Part shown: positions 1 to 7,527 of the stretch, piece by piece
Layout: every line of letters begins with the position of its first letter
How positions within the stretch are numbered: the first letter of the stretch is position 1
Position numbers and translations under genes: made by a program
Notes under the pieces: generated by a model
Told to the model about the DNA's origin: nothing
Databases searched by the model: none
The model's input: only the letters and a program-made list of their open reading frames with translations
DNA from: a virus
Taxonomy: Duplodnaviria; Caudoviricetes
Reading direction: 5' to 3' (one strand)
Virus record (IMG/VR): IMGVR_UViG_3300038393_001787
Location: 1 to 42,780 of that record
DNA length: 42,780 nt

Positions 1-132
1 TTTGAGCGCGGCGCGCACGGCCGCGCGCAAGCCGATCGGCTCCGGGGAATCAATCTCGCCGGCGTGCTCGAATTTGAGACGGTCGCCGACGAGGAGATCC
101 GATCAATCATTTTAGCGAGGCTACGTCCATGA
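1..132 (+). CDS. 3' part of hypothetical protein (variant copy of 42331-42618)
   Basis: Reads FERGAHGRAQADRLRGINLAGVLEFETVADEEIRSIILARLRP*; stop overlaps the next start (ATGA). Confidence 0.7.
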   Translation, partial: FERGAHGRAQADRLRGINLAGVLEFETVADEEIRSIILARLRP

Positions 133-294
133 CCAACGAAACAGCAACGAGCCAGGTCGAACGCGCGTGCGAGCTCCGCCGGCGCGATCGCCTGGCCCAC
201 CTTTGGGCCGACATGGCAGTCGCAATGGCGATGGAGGAAATGCGCAAGGACAACGTCGATCCCGACCGTCGGCCGCTGCGCTTCGCGGCCGACG
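1..294. repeat. Terminal direct repeat, left copy (imperfect match to 42487-42780)
   Basis: Manual alignment: 294 bp with 9 mismatches (positions 14,16,22,24,25,42,48,49,167). Confidence 0.95.
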
Positions 295-461
295 TCGCCA
301 CGTTGGCGACAACGATCCTAATCGACAAGCTCATCAACGACGATCAGGCGATCGCCACGCTGCGCGCGCAGATGGAGGAGTATAAACGTCAGCTCGACCA
401 GGTGCTCCGGATCGTGCCGCCGAGCATCCAGATCAAGACTATAACAGGGGATCCGCTATGA
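129..461 (+). CDS. Hypothetical protein (110 aa, C-terminal coiled coil)
   Basis: ATGA coupling at both ends; normal composition. Confidence 0.75.
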   Translation: MTNETATSQVERACELRRRDRLAHLWADMAVAMAMEEMRKDNVDPDRRPLRFAADVATLATTILIDKLINDDQAIATLRAQMEEYKRQLDQVLRIVPPSIQIKTITGDPL

Positions 462-1036
462 AGATCGGTTACGCACGTGTGAGCTCGAGCGGCCAATCGC
501 TCGAGATCCAGCTCGAGGCGCTAAAGGCCGCCGACTGCGGCAAGATCTACCGCGAGAAGGAAAGCGCCAGGTCGACGACGAACCGCCTCGAGCTCGATCG
601 AGCGCTCGAGGATCTTCGACCAGGCGACGAGCTCGTTGTGACCAGGCTCGACCGCCTCGCCCGATCGGTCGCGGATCTCTATGCGATCTTGGCACGGATC
701 GACCAGGCCGGCGCGAGCTTCTCTTGTCTGCACCAGGCCGGGATCGATACCAGCTCGGCAACCGGCAAGATGCTGCTCGGGATGCTCGGCGTTATCGCCG
801 AGTTTGAGAACGAGCTGCGGCGCGAGCGCCAGCGCGAGGGGATCCAGAACGCCAAGGAACGCGGCGTCTATCGCCGGGCCAAGACCAGGCGCATTGATCC
901 GGCGATCGTGCGCGCGGCCGTGAAGGAGCACGGCGGCGCCACGGCCGCCGCCAGGGCGCTCGGAATCGGCCGCGCCTCCGTTTACCGGATCCTCGGGCCG
1001 GAGCTCGCTGGCGAGCTTCCAGCGGAGGGCGTGTAA
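458..1036 (+). CDS. Small serine recombinase (resolvase/invertase family) with C-terminal HTH
   Basis: MKIGYARVSS catalytic motif, GDELVVTRLDRLARS, AEFE..R.ERQREGI, C-terminal AAARALGIGRASVYR HTH; 192 aa, so not a large serine integrase. Confidence 0.95.
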   Translation: MKIGYARVSSSGQSLEIQLEALKAADCGKIYREKESARSTTNRLELDRALEDLRPGDELVVTRLDRLARSVADLYAILARIDQAGASFSCLHQAGIDTSSATGKMLLGMLGVIAEFENELRRERQREGIQNAKERGVYRRAKTRRIDPAIVRAAVKEHGGATAAARALGIGRASVYRILGPELAGELPAEGV

Positions 1037-1037
1037 C

Positions 1038-1238
1038 ATGACGCTGACAGCAGCTATCCGAGGATATCTCGAGAGAACCAACTCGCGCCGTGTAACGTGC
1101 CAGGAGCTCGCCGCCGGCGTCGCCAACCAACTCGGCCACACCCCAAGCCTCATGGCCGTTTCGAGGATCATGGGCGGTGAGCCCGGTTGGAACAAGGTAC
1201 AGCTTGCCGGCAAAGTCGGCTTTGAGAAGGAGCACTAA
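1038..1238 (+). CDS. Small hypothetical protein (66 aa), possible winged-helix DNA-binding protein
   Basis: GGAGG SD upstream; VTCQELAAGVA...PSLMAVSRIM helix pattern; start codon overlaps the CGTGTAACATG palindrome. The DNA-binding role is inference. Confidence 0.65.
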   Translation: MTLTAAIRGYLERTNSRRVTCQELAAGVANQLGHTPSLMAVSRIMGGEPGWNKVQLAGKVGFEKEH

Positions 1239-1242
1239 TCAA

Positions 1243-1755
1243 ATGATGAGTCAGTGGCACGTCACGGCCGAAGCCAACGAGCAGGAGATCGAGCTCACGA
1301 TCTACCGAACGGATGATCCGGGTCCGATGAAGGAATGGAAGCCAGCGCAAACCATTTTACTCGACCAGGCTCACGCGACGGAGCTCCTCGGGACGTTGGC
1401 GATCGCGGTCCACAAACTACAGGAGAACGGGATCTCGGCCGCGGCCGTCCACGCAGGATTACGCGACGCGATCGAGAAGGAGGCCGACGTCGGAATGGCC
1501 TACTCGATCGCGCAGACCTTCTCCGACAACGTGAACGAGCTGGTCAACGCGCTCGCCGATCGCAAGGACGCGAGCGTTGCGACGTCGCTCCTGGCGCGGG
1601 CGCTCACGGCTCGAGCCTTGCTCCTGGTCGCCGGCGATTGGTGGGCGAGCATGGGGAGCGGGCCAGGGCCGGCCTATCACGCGGCGCTGCGATCGTTCAT
1701 CGACCAGGCGCCGGCGGGCTATGCCGACCGATCGGCGCTCAAGGGCGCGGGTTGA
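1243..1755 (+). CDS. Hypothetical protein (MMSQWHVTAEANEQ...), last gene of the early operon
   Basis: Start reassigned to ATG 1243/1246 behind AAGGAGCACTAATCA. Confidence 0.75.
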   Translation: MMSQWHVTAEANEQEIELTIYRTDDPGPMKEWKPAQTILLDQAHATELLGTLAIAVHKLQENGISAAAVHAGLRDAIEKEADVGMAYSIAQTFSDNVNELVNALADRKDASVATSLLARALTARALLLVAGDWWASMGSGPGPAYHAALRSFIDQAPAGYADRSALKGAG

Positions 1756-1780
1756 TCGTTAACGTGTTGGAGAGTATATC
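1752..1780 (+). promoter_or_regulatory. Putative sigma70-type promoter for the small RNA
   Basis: TTGATC (1752-1757), 17-bp spacer, TATATC (1775-1780); predicted start near G1787. Confidence 0.6.
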
Positions 1781-1786
1781 GGCCCC

Positions 1787-1878
1787 GCTCTGTGCCGGAT
1801 CTGATTAGTGCTCCAACGCTAAACTGACCGTAGAGCGCGGGCCGTCCTCGGGAAACCAAGGGCGGCCCGTTTGCATTT
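1787..1878 (+). ncRNA. Candidate trans-acting small RNA with anti-RBS seed (UGAUUAGUGCUCCAACGC)
   Basis: 5' GCTCTGTG pairs with CGTAGAGC; inner stem TTAGTG/CGCTAA presents loop CTCCAA; terminator follows; seed is complementary to seven early-operon sites. Confidence 0.65.
1837..1878 (+). terminator. Intrinsic terminator
   Basis: GCGGGCCGTCC-TCGGGAAACCAA-GGGCGGCCCGT stem followed by TTGCATTT. Confidence 0.7.
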
Positions 1879-1949
1879 CGAGGCACCGTTCATCGCGCGG
1901 TCATGTAGCTTTCATCTGGAACCGCTTGGACTCATCGGTGTTTTGAGAC

Positions 1950-2110
1950 TAGAAGATACCCGCCCGCTTTTTGGGGCGACGCCACCAACCCCCCCGGTTG
2001 AGCGTCGTTCGGGGGGTGGGAGCCTAAACGGCGGGGCCAGGACACCGACGGGCGTCCTGGCCCTCTATCTTTCCCACCGCGTCGCGCTTTCGGGAAAGCG
2101 CCCTAACCTT
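1950..2110. ncRNA. Second structured non-coding element (multi-stem), strand and function unknown
   Basis: CCCGCC/GGCGGG, C7/G6 stem, GGGCCAGGAC/GTCCTGGCCC and GCGCTTT/AAAGCGC stems in a gap with no convincing ORF. Confidence 0.4.
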
Positions 2111-2181
2111 TGACAGGCTCGAGCGACCGAGCGCGATCTCCTTAGCGGCAGCATGGCTTTGCCGCAAATGGACAATCCTGA

Positions 2182-4083
2182 TTAATCCACAGGATTTAGA
2201 TCGAGGATTGACGGAAGCGGGATCAGTGTCGACCAGGAGTTGAGGCCAGGGCCGAAGCGCACGCGCACGCGGCGCTCTGCCTTGCGGACGATCGGCGGCT
2301 CGCCGGCGGCGCCGGCGATCTTGTACCGCACGCGCCCAAGGCTCTGCGACCAGGTGCCCGCCGACCATTCCGTATCAGCGAACACGCTCGCCAGGCCAAC
2401 ATGGTTGTTCGCGACCGCGAGATAGAGCTCGGAGCTCGGCGTCGAGGCTTGCGGCGACTTGACGCCGACATGATCCTTGCCGTCCTTCAGCGTGATTTTC
2501 TTCTCGACGATCCGGAGCCCGAAATTCTCGAGCCGCTCGCGCGCTTTGATCGCGTCGGGCTCGAGCGCCGCGCGGATCGTCCGTATCACGGGCTCGGGCT
2601 CCTCGCCGCCGCGGCCGCGGAGGAACGACGTCGCGAGATATTGGACAACCGCCTCCTCGTCGGAGATCTCGGTCACCTTCTCGGCGAGCGTATCGGCGCG
2701 GAGGCGATCGGCCCATTCGAGAATGTTGGAATCCTCGGCCTGGTCGTAGAGCATGATATCGGCGATCGCGAGCAAGGTTCCGAACTGATCGCCCGATCGG
2801 CCGCTGTGCCCGGTGTCACCGAGCGCCGTCTTGTAGCGGTCAATGAGATCATCGACGCGGTGCCAGTGGTCGACCAGGCGGCGGCGGAACTGGCGGCCGA
2901 GCTCGCGCAGCTCCTGCTCGTCGATCGTCGGCGACTTGAACACCTGGCCTTCGGCCGCCGCCTTGTCGGCGAGATCCGACAGGGGATCTAGCTCGAGCAC
3001 CGCGAGGCGGTTCTTGTCCTGGGTGGGCATGGGTGGAAGCTTGATCGACGAGAAGAGGAAGCACGAGCGGACGGTAAACTCGGCGCCCTCGTGGTTGGCG
3101 CCGCCCTTGAGCACCTGGTCGCCGGAGCTGGCGACGCGGGCGAGCTCGATGACGGCCGTCGCCTTGCGGTTGTCGTCCTTCGCCTCGAGCTCGTCGAAGA
3201 ACACGGGCAAGGTTTGCTGCTTGAGGAGCTGGCGCAGCGAGGCTTCGGTCGCGTTGCTCGTTGTCAGTGAGGCGCCGCCCTGGATCGCGCGCAGCAGCTT
3301 TTGCAGCGTCGACTTGCCGGTTGCCGAGCCGCCCGTAATCCAGGCGTGCGGCCGCCAATCGAGCGCGCCGCCGAGCATCGAGCAAGCGATGTGCCCCAAG
3401 AGGAGCATGGGATCGATGAGCGGCCGCTGCCAATTCCAGGCGCGGAGCATCATCAGCACCTTTTCGCCGGCTGCCGTATTCTGTTCCAGCGGATCCGGAC
3501 GCGGCCGCGACGGGCCGGCGGGATAGACGTAGCCGGCAATGAGGCCGGGATCGACATAGCCGGCGTGCGGCCCGGTGATGAATATCTTGTCGCCGCAATG
3601 GAGCACGAGCTCGCCGAGATCCGAGCGATGCGCGCCGGTGCCCCTAACCTTACCCTGGGGGTCGAAGATCCGGCGCATGGCGCAAGCGCCCATGAGCTGC
3701 TCGGCCGCGACTTCCGGCTTCCACCCGGTGACGATCGGCTTGCCGTCGGGTCCGGTCTTGTCCGAATAGCGCGGCCAATATTCATGGACGAGCTTCGATC
3801 GTCGGCCGAACAGCGCGAGGATATGCGTCTTGCCGTGCTTCTGCGGATCCAGAGCGATGAGCTGGCGCTGCTCATCCAGGTAATAATGGATCTGGCCGTT
3901 GACCCCCAACGGCTCGACCGGACAACCCGGCAACAGCATGGGGAGCTCGGGCTCTCCCTCTTCCGCGGCGCCGGCGTGCTCGCCGCCGCGCCGCTGCACC
4001 TTCGGCGCCGGCGTCGCCTGGTCGAGCGCGCCCGAAATCACCGTGAGCCCACCGCGGGCGCCACCCTTGTCACTCTTCGCCAT
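2182..4083 (-). CDS. Replicative P-loop ATPase/helicase (primase-associated)
   Basis: Walker A GGSATGKS, Walker B PVFFDE; directly downstream of a TOPRIM primase; 633 aa. Confidence 0.8.
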   Translation of the reverse strand: MAKSDKGGARGGLTVISGALDQATPAPKVQRRGGEHAGAAEEGEPELPMLLPGCPVEPLGVNGQIHYYLDEQRQLIALDPQKHGKTHILALFGRRSKLVHEYWPRYSDKTGPDGKPIVTGWKPEVAAEQLMGACAMRRIFDPQGKVRGTGAHRSDLGELVLHCGDKIFITGPHAGYVDPGLIAGYVYPAGPSRPRPDPLEQNTAAGEKVLMMLRAWNWQRPLIDPMLLLGHIACSMLGGALDWRPHAWITGGSATGKSTLQKLLRAIQGGASLTTSNATEASLRQLLKQQTLPVFFDELEAKDDNRKATAVIELARVASSGDQVLKGGANHEGAEFTVRSCFLFSSIKLPPMPTQDKNRLAVLELDPLSDLADKAAAEGQVFKSPTIDEQELRELGRQFRRRLVDHWHRVDDLIDRYKTALGDTGHSGRSGDQFGTLLAIADIMLYDQAEDSNILEWADRLRADTLAEKVTEISDEEAVVQYLATSFLRGRGGEEPEPVIRTIRAALEPDAIKARERLENFGLRIVEKKITLKDGKDHVGVKSPQASTPSSELYLAVANNHVGLASVFADTEWSAGTWSQSLGRVRYKIAGAAGEPPIVRKAERRVRVRFGPGLNSWSTLIPLPSILDLNPVD

Positions 4084-5170
4084 TGTTCCCCCCCGGCTCG
4101 TCGCGCGGCGTCCCGCGCAACACGTCGTTGTAATCCTTGAAGCCCGCCGGCGGATAGACCAGGAACACGGCGTAACCGCGCTCCTGCAACCGCGCGAGCG
4201 CGCCCTCGAAAGCCTCGATCGCCTTCATCTTTTCGTCGCGCTGCGCGAGCAGATAGGCCGGGCACCCGTCGGGGAGCTCGATCGATCCGATGTTAGACAG
4301 CGACACGCCGGCGATGATCCGCAAGCTCGGCCGAGCCAGGGCGACGCTAAGGCCGTCCTCGATCCCCTCGCTGATATAGATCGGCGTCGACGGCGGCAGA
4401 TCCTTGAGCGCGCATTTGTGCTGGCCCTTCCACAACGGAATAAATCCGCCCTGGTACTTGCCGATCGACTTCTTCGCCTCGACCAGCATCGCCTTGCCGA
4501 CGCCGTCGGGCGCGAGCCAGGTCCGATGCGTGCCCAGGTGGCGGCCGTCGAGGCCGACGATCGGCGCGACCATTGCCGGCAGATCCTTGCGCACTTCGGC
4601 GCAATAGGCGCGCGGCGCATAGCGGATCGCGCCAGGCGCGTTCAGGTCCGCTTTGCGGAAGTCGATTCCGCGCGAGCAGAGGTAGGTTTCGACGATCGTG
4701 TCGGGATAGGGATCGGCCGACAGGAACAATTGGTGCGCGCGGCGGCGGTTCTTCTCGGCGCGCTCGACCGCATCCTTGTCCGCACTGGCCGCGGCGCGCT
4801 GCGCCGTCGCCTTACTCTTCGCCAGCGCCTCGGGATCCAGGTTGTCGATCCCAAGCCATCGGCGGAGCCACTTGCACGCCTCGCCGACATTGCCGCCAAA
4901 CTGCACCTGGGCGACGAGCTGGATCACGTTGCCGGAGTAGGACGGCGAGCCCTTGGCCGCGGAGAAATCGGTCCATAGCCCGCGCGTCGCGCCGCGAAGA
5001 TTGACCTTCAGGCTCTTGCCTGGCTCGCCCTCGATCGAGCCGGCTTCCCAATAGCCGCAATTCTCGCGGCCGTTGGGGAGCAGATGCTGCGCGATCGCGC
5101 GGATCTGCACGTTGGCGAGCTCCTTCAGCTCGTCGATCGAGATCGCGAATTGCGTCGCGCTCCTGCTCAT
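4070..5170 (-). CDS. DNA primase (TOPRIM domain)
   Basis: N-terminal LLPNG...GSIEGEPGKSLKVNL..GLWTDF, ETYLCSRGI, GTHRTWL, TOPRIM ISEGIEDGLS, C-terminal KDYND. Confidence 0.88.
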   Translation of the reverse strand: MSRSATQFAISIDELKELANVQIRAIAQHLLPNGRENCGYWEAGSIEGEPGKSLKVNLRGATRGLWTDFSAAKGSPSYSGNVIQLVAQVQFGGNVGEACKWLRRWLGIDNLDPEALAKSKATAQRAAASADKDAVERAEKNRRRAHQLFLSADPYPDTIVETYLCSRGIDFRKADLNAPGAIRYAPRAYCAEVRKDLPAMVAPIVGLDGRHLGTHRTWLAPDGVGKAMLVEAKKSIGKYQGGFIPLWKGQHKCALKDLPPSTPIYISEGIEDGLSVALARPSLRIIAGVSLSNIGSIELPDGCPAYLLAQRDEKMKAIEAFEGALARLQERGYAVFLVYPPAGFKDYNDVLRGTPRDEPGGNNGEE

Positions 5171-5331
5171 TTCGGCAAAGGCCGCGATATGGCGACCCCC
5201 TCTAAGCTAACGCCATGCTTGGCGGCCAGATCGACGTGGAATTGATTTAGAATAACACCGTGAGCGCGCGCCCACCGGGCGAGGATCTCCATCCCCTGTT
5301 TGCTATCGAGCGGAATCGCGCTCTGGCTCAC
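5167..5331 (-). CDS. Small hypothetical protein (54 aa, MSQSAIPLDSKQGMEILARW...)
   Basis: Translated by hand; GTGA and ATGA overlaps couple it to both neighbours. Confidence 0.6.
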   Translation of the reverse strand: MSQSAIPLDSKQGMEILARWARAHGVILNQFHVDLAAKHGVSLEGVAISRPLPK

Positions 5332-5552
5332 GCTTGCGGCTCATTCTTGAAGCCGGGCAGGAACCGCACGCCTACGGTGGGCACGAGCGCCGGGCGCCAC
5401 ACCATGCCGCAATGCTGACAGGCGTGCGTGTGATGCTCCTTTGTAGCGAACTCGCCTTCATCGATATGCCGAGCGCCGCACGCCGGGCATGTCAGTATCA
5501 TTGGGATCGACGCGATCGGCGTCGGCATAAGAACGGGCGGATCTCCCCTCAT
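5328..5552 (-). CDS. Small zinc-ribbon protein
   Basis: CPAC...H and CQHC motifs; coupled at both ends. Confidence 0.7.
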   Translation of the reverse strand: MRGDPPVLMPTPIASIPMILTCPACGARHIDEGEFATKEHHTHACQHCGMVWRPALVPTVGVRFLPGFKNEPQA

Positions 5553-5794
5553 TCGAGGATCCCATTCGGGCAGGAGCCAGGATTGGCGGCGAGCCAGGCC
5601 ATTTCGAGGAAGCGCATCGACTGTTGGCGCGCTTGCTTTGGGGTGAGCCAGGCGAGCTCACGGTCGCCATGTAACACGGCTACGCCCCATTGATCGCCCT
5701 CGCGCCGGAGCATCAGGCTCGGCGGTTGTCCCTGGGGCACATAGACCCGCTCGCTCCGCTTGAGGCCGAGCCGGCGGCGCAAGCCTTCAATCAT
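5549..5794 (-). CDS. Hypothetical protein (MIEGLRRRLGL...)
   Basis: Start reassigned to ATG 5794, overlapping the end of the upstream gene. Confidence 0.6.
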   Translation of the reverse strand: MIEGLRRRLGLKRSERVYVPQGQPPSLMLRREGDQWGVAVLHGDRELAWLTPKQARQQSMRFLEMAWLAANPGSCPNGILE

Positions 5795-6389
5795 TGACGC
5801 TTGGGTTGCCGAGCGGATCGCGGCCGACGTCGCCGATATACTCTTCCTCGGCCGCGAACGTTGAGGCCGGTTCATAAGTGGCCGGGCATGTGCACGGTCC
5901 CGTTGCAACGCGGCCAGCGCAGCGATCGCAGTCGTCGGCGTTGAGCAGGGCGAGATCCTCGTCGGCCGCGAGCTCGGCCCCGAGATCCTCTCCATCATCG
6001 GCGCGCGCGAGCTCGTCGCGCAGCCGTTCGACGGCCCCCTTGAGATCGCCGATCTTTATCATCAGCGCCGCGACCATTGCCCGGTCCATCAGCACCAGGT
6101 CCGCACGATCGAGATCCGCGGCCAGCCTCGCCCGCCGCCCGACGCGCGTCGGCTCGCGACTGCTGGCGTTCACGCTATCGATCGCCGCATCCATGTGCCG
6201 ATTGAACGCGCCGGCGACGCTCTCAATCTCGCGCGGCGCGTCGCGCCTCGGATCCTGCTCGAGCAATCGGCGCGCGAGATCGAGCTCGTCGTCAGTCGAG
6301 CCGGCTGCGCAGAGCAAAGCCGTCGCGAGAATGTGAACGCCGGCGAAAGGCCGCTCGTCCGTTACGCCGTCAAGCGCCTCTTTTGCCAT
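5787..6389 (-). CDS. Hypothetical protein with C-terminal Cys cluster (CDRC..CTC)
   Basis: Start ATG 6389 behind GAGGGGGG SD. Confidence 0.7.
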   Translation of the reverse strand: MAKEALDGVTDERPFAGVHILATALLCAAGSTDDELDLARRLLEQDPRRDAPREIESVAGAFNRHMDAAIDSVNASSREPTRVGRRARLAADLDRADLVLMDRAMVAALMIKIGDLKGAVERLRDELARADDGEDLGAELAADEDLALLNADDCDRCAGRVATGPCTCPATYEPASTFAAEEEYIGDVGRDPLGNPSVND

Positions 6390-6399
6390 GCAACCCCCC

Positions 6400-6648
6400 T
6401 CATAATGCGAGCGCCTGTTGAGCGGGCGCCGCCACAACCGTTCCCCCGTCGGGGCGCGGATAGAAATCATTGGGCTCGACTCCGACCAGGCGCTCGAGCT
6501 CGAGCATCCAGGCCGGCTTCGGGATCTTCCCCTTGCTCTCCCAACCGTGCCAGGTCGCGCGGTCGACGGGCTTGCCGTCAACGACGATCTTTGCGCCGGC
6601 CTCTTCCATCGTCAGGCCGTGCGCGACGCGGAAAGCTTTGAGCTTCAT
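6400..6648 (-). CDS. Cro-like XRE HTH regulator
   Basis: MKLKAFRVAHGLTMEEAG...DRATWHGWESKGKIP...VEPNDFY; first gene of the replication operon; alternative start 6666. Confidence 0.8.
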   Translation of the reverse strand: MKLKAFRVAHGLTMEEAGAKIVVDGKPVDRATWHGWESKGKIPKPAWMLELERLVGVEPNDFYPRPDGGTVVAAPAQQALAL

Positions 6649-6668
6649 TTGGGCGATCGTTCCCATGC

Positions 6669-6725
6669 GCCCTGTTTGCCGCGCGCTAACAGGGTTGACA
6701 AGCCCTGTGGAAAACGGGGACACAA
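6669..6725. promoter_or_regulatory. Divergent control region with inverted repeat and a TTGACA element
   Basis: CCCTGTT...AACAGGG dyad (6670-6693) abutting TTGACA (6695-6700), between divergent genes. Confidence 0.5.
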
Positions 6726-6767
6726 CCGACCGTTGGCCGACGGGCCGGCAGGACAAGAGGGGGGTTC

Positions 6768-6959
6768 ATGCAGGAACCAACACACGCGCCAGGCTGGCGC
6801 GGTAGGCCGCGACGCTTCGGCCCAATCCATGACGATTCGCCGCCGCGCTCGTGCCTCGAGCTGGTCCTCTATGCCGTCTGCTATTCGATCGGCGCCGGAA
6901 CGCTGGCGATCGGCGTGCTCGCCTGGACGGCCGATCTCTTCGCCGGGCATATCCGATGA
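6768..6959 (+). CDS. Small membrane protein
   Basis: GAGGGGGG SD; hydrophobic C-terminal segment; ATGA-coupled to the next gene. Confidence 0.6.
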   Translation: MQEPTHAPGWRGRPRRFGPIHDDSPPRSCLELVLYAVCYSIGAGTLAIGVLAWTADLFAGHIR

Positions 6960-7240
6960 TCGGCGCCGCGCTCGAGGATCTCGACCTAAGCGCCGTGCTC
7001 GCGGCCTTCCGCGACCAGGAAGCCCACGGCCACACCGCCGAAACCGACGCGGAGCGCAAGCTCGAATGCTTCGGCAACGATCTGCTCGAGCGGTCGGCCG
7101 AGCTGCGCGACGTTATTCGCCCAGGCGATCGGCTCAATCTCAACGTTGGATATCGGCGCGCGGCCAGGCTGGCGGCCTACGCGATCGCGACCATGCGCCG
7201 GATCCGCATCGAACGGGACCAACAGAAGGAGTGTTTATGA
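6956..7240 (+). CDS. Hypothetical protein (MIGAALEDLDLSAVL...)
   Basis: ATGA overlaps at both ends. Confidence 0.7.
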   Translation: MIGAALEDLDLSAVLAAFRDQEAHGHTAETDAERKLECFGNDLLERSAELRDVIRPGDRLNLNVGYRRAARLAAYAIATMRRIRIERDQQKECL

Positions 7241-7527
7241 CTGACCAGGACGACGGCGATCCATGCACCGACGGCACTCATTGCTGTTGTTGTCTCGATG
7301 CAGGGGACAAGTGTTGTGATTGCGGCGAGGTTCCGGTGCGCGCGTCGGAGGTGCTCGCCTTCATCGATTTCTATGCTGGCCAGGAGAACGAGGCGGAGGA
7401 GGTTCGCGACTTCGTTCAACTTGCCGCTCGCGGAGTTGCAGAAGGTAAGACCCGCCGAGAGTTTGCCGCGGTCCATCAACTCGCCGCCTTTGTTATTTGG
7501 TCCGAAGAAAGGATCCCCGCCCGATGA
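7237..7527 (+). CDS. Hypothetical protein with Cys-rich N-terminus
   Basis: AAGGAG SD; CTDGTHCCCCLDAGDKCCDC. Confidence 0.7.
   Translation: MTDQDDGDPCTDGTHCCCCLDAGDKCCDCGEVPVRASEVLAFIDFYAGQENEAEEVRDFVQLAARGVAEGKTRREFAAVHQLAAFVIWSEERIPAR

Noticed and set aside
1-294. Diversity-generating retroelement TR/VR pair
   Set aside because: Mismatches are not confined to adenines, no reverse transcriptase ORF is present, and the repeat sits at the contig ends.
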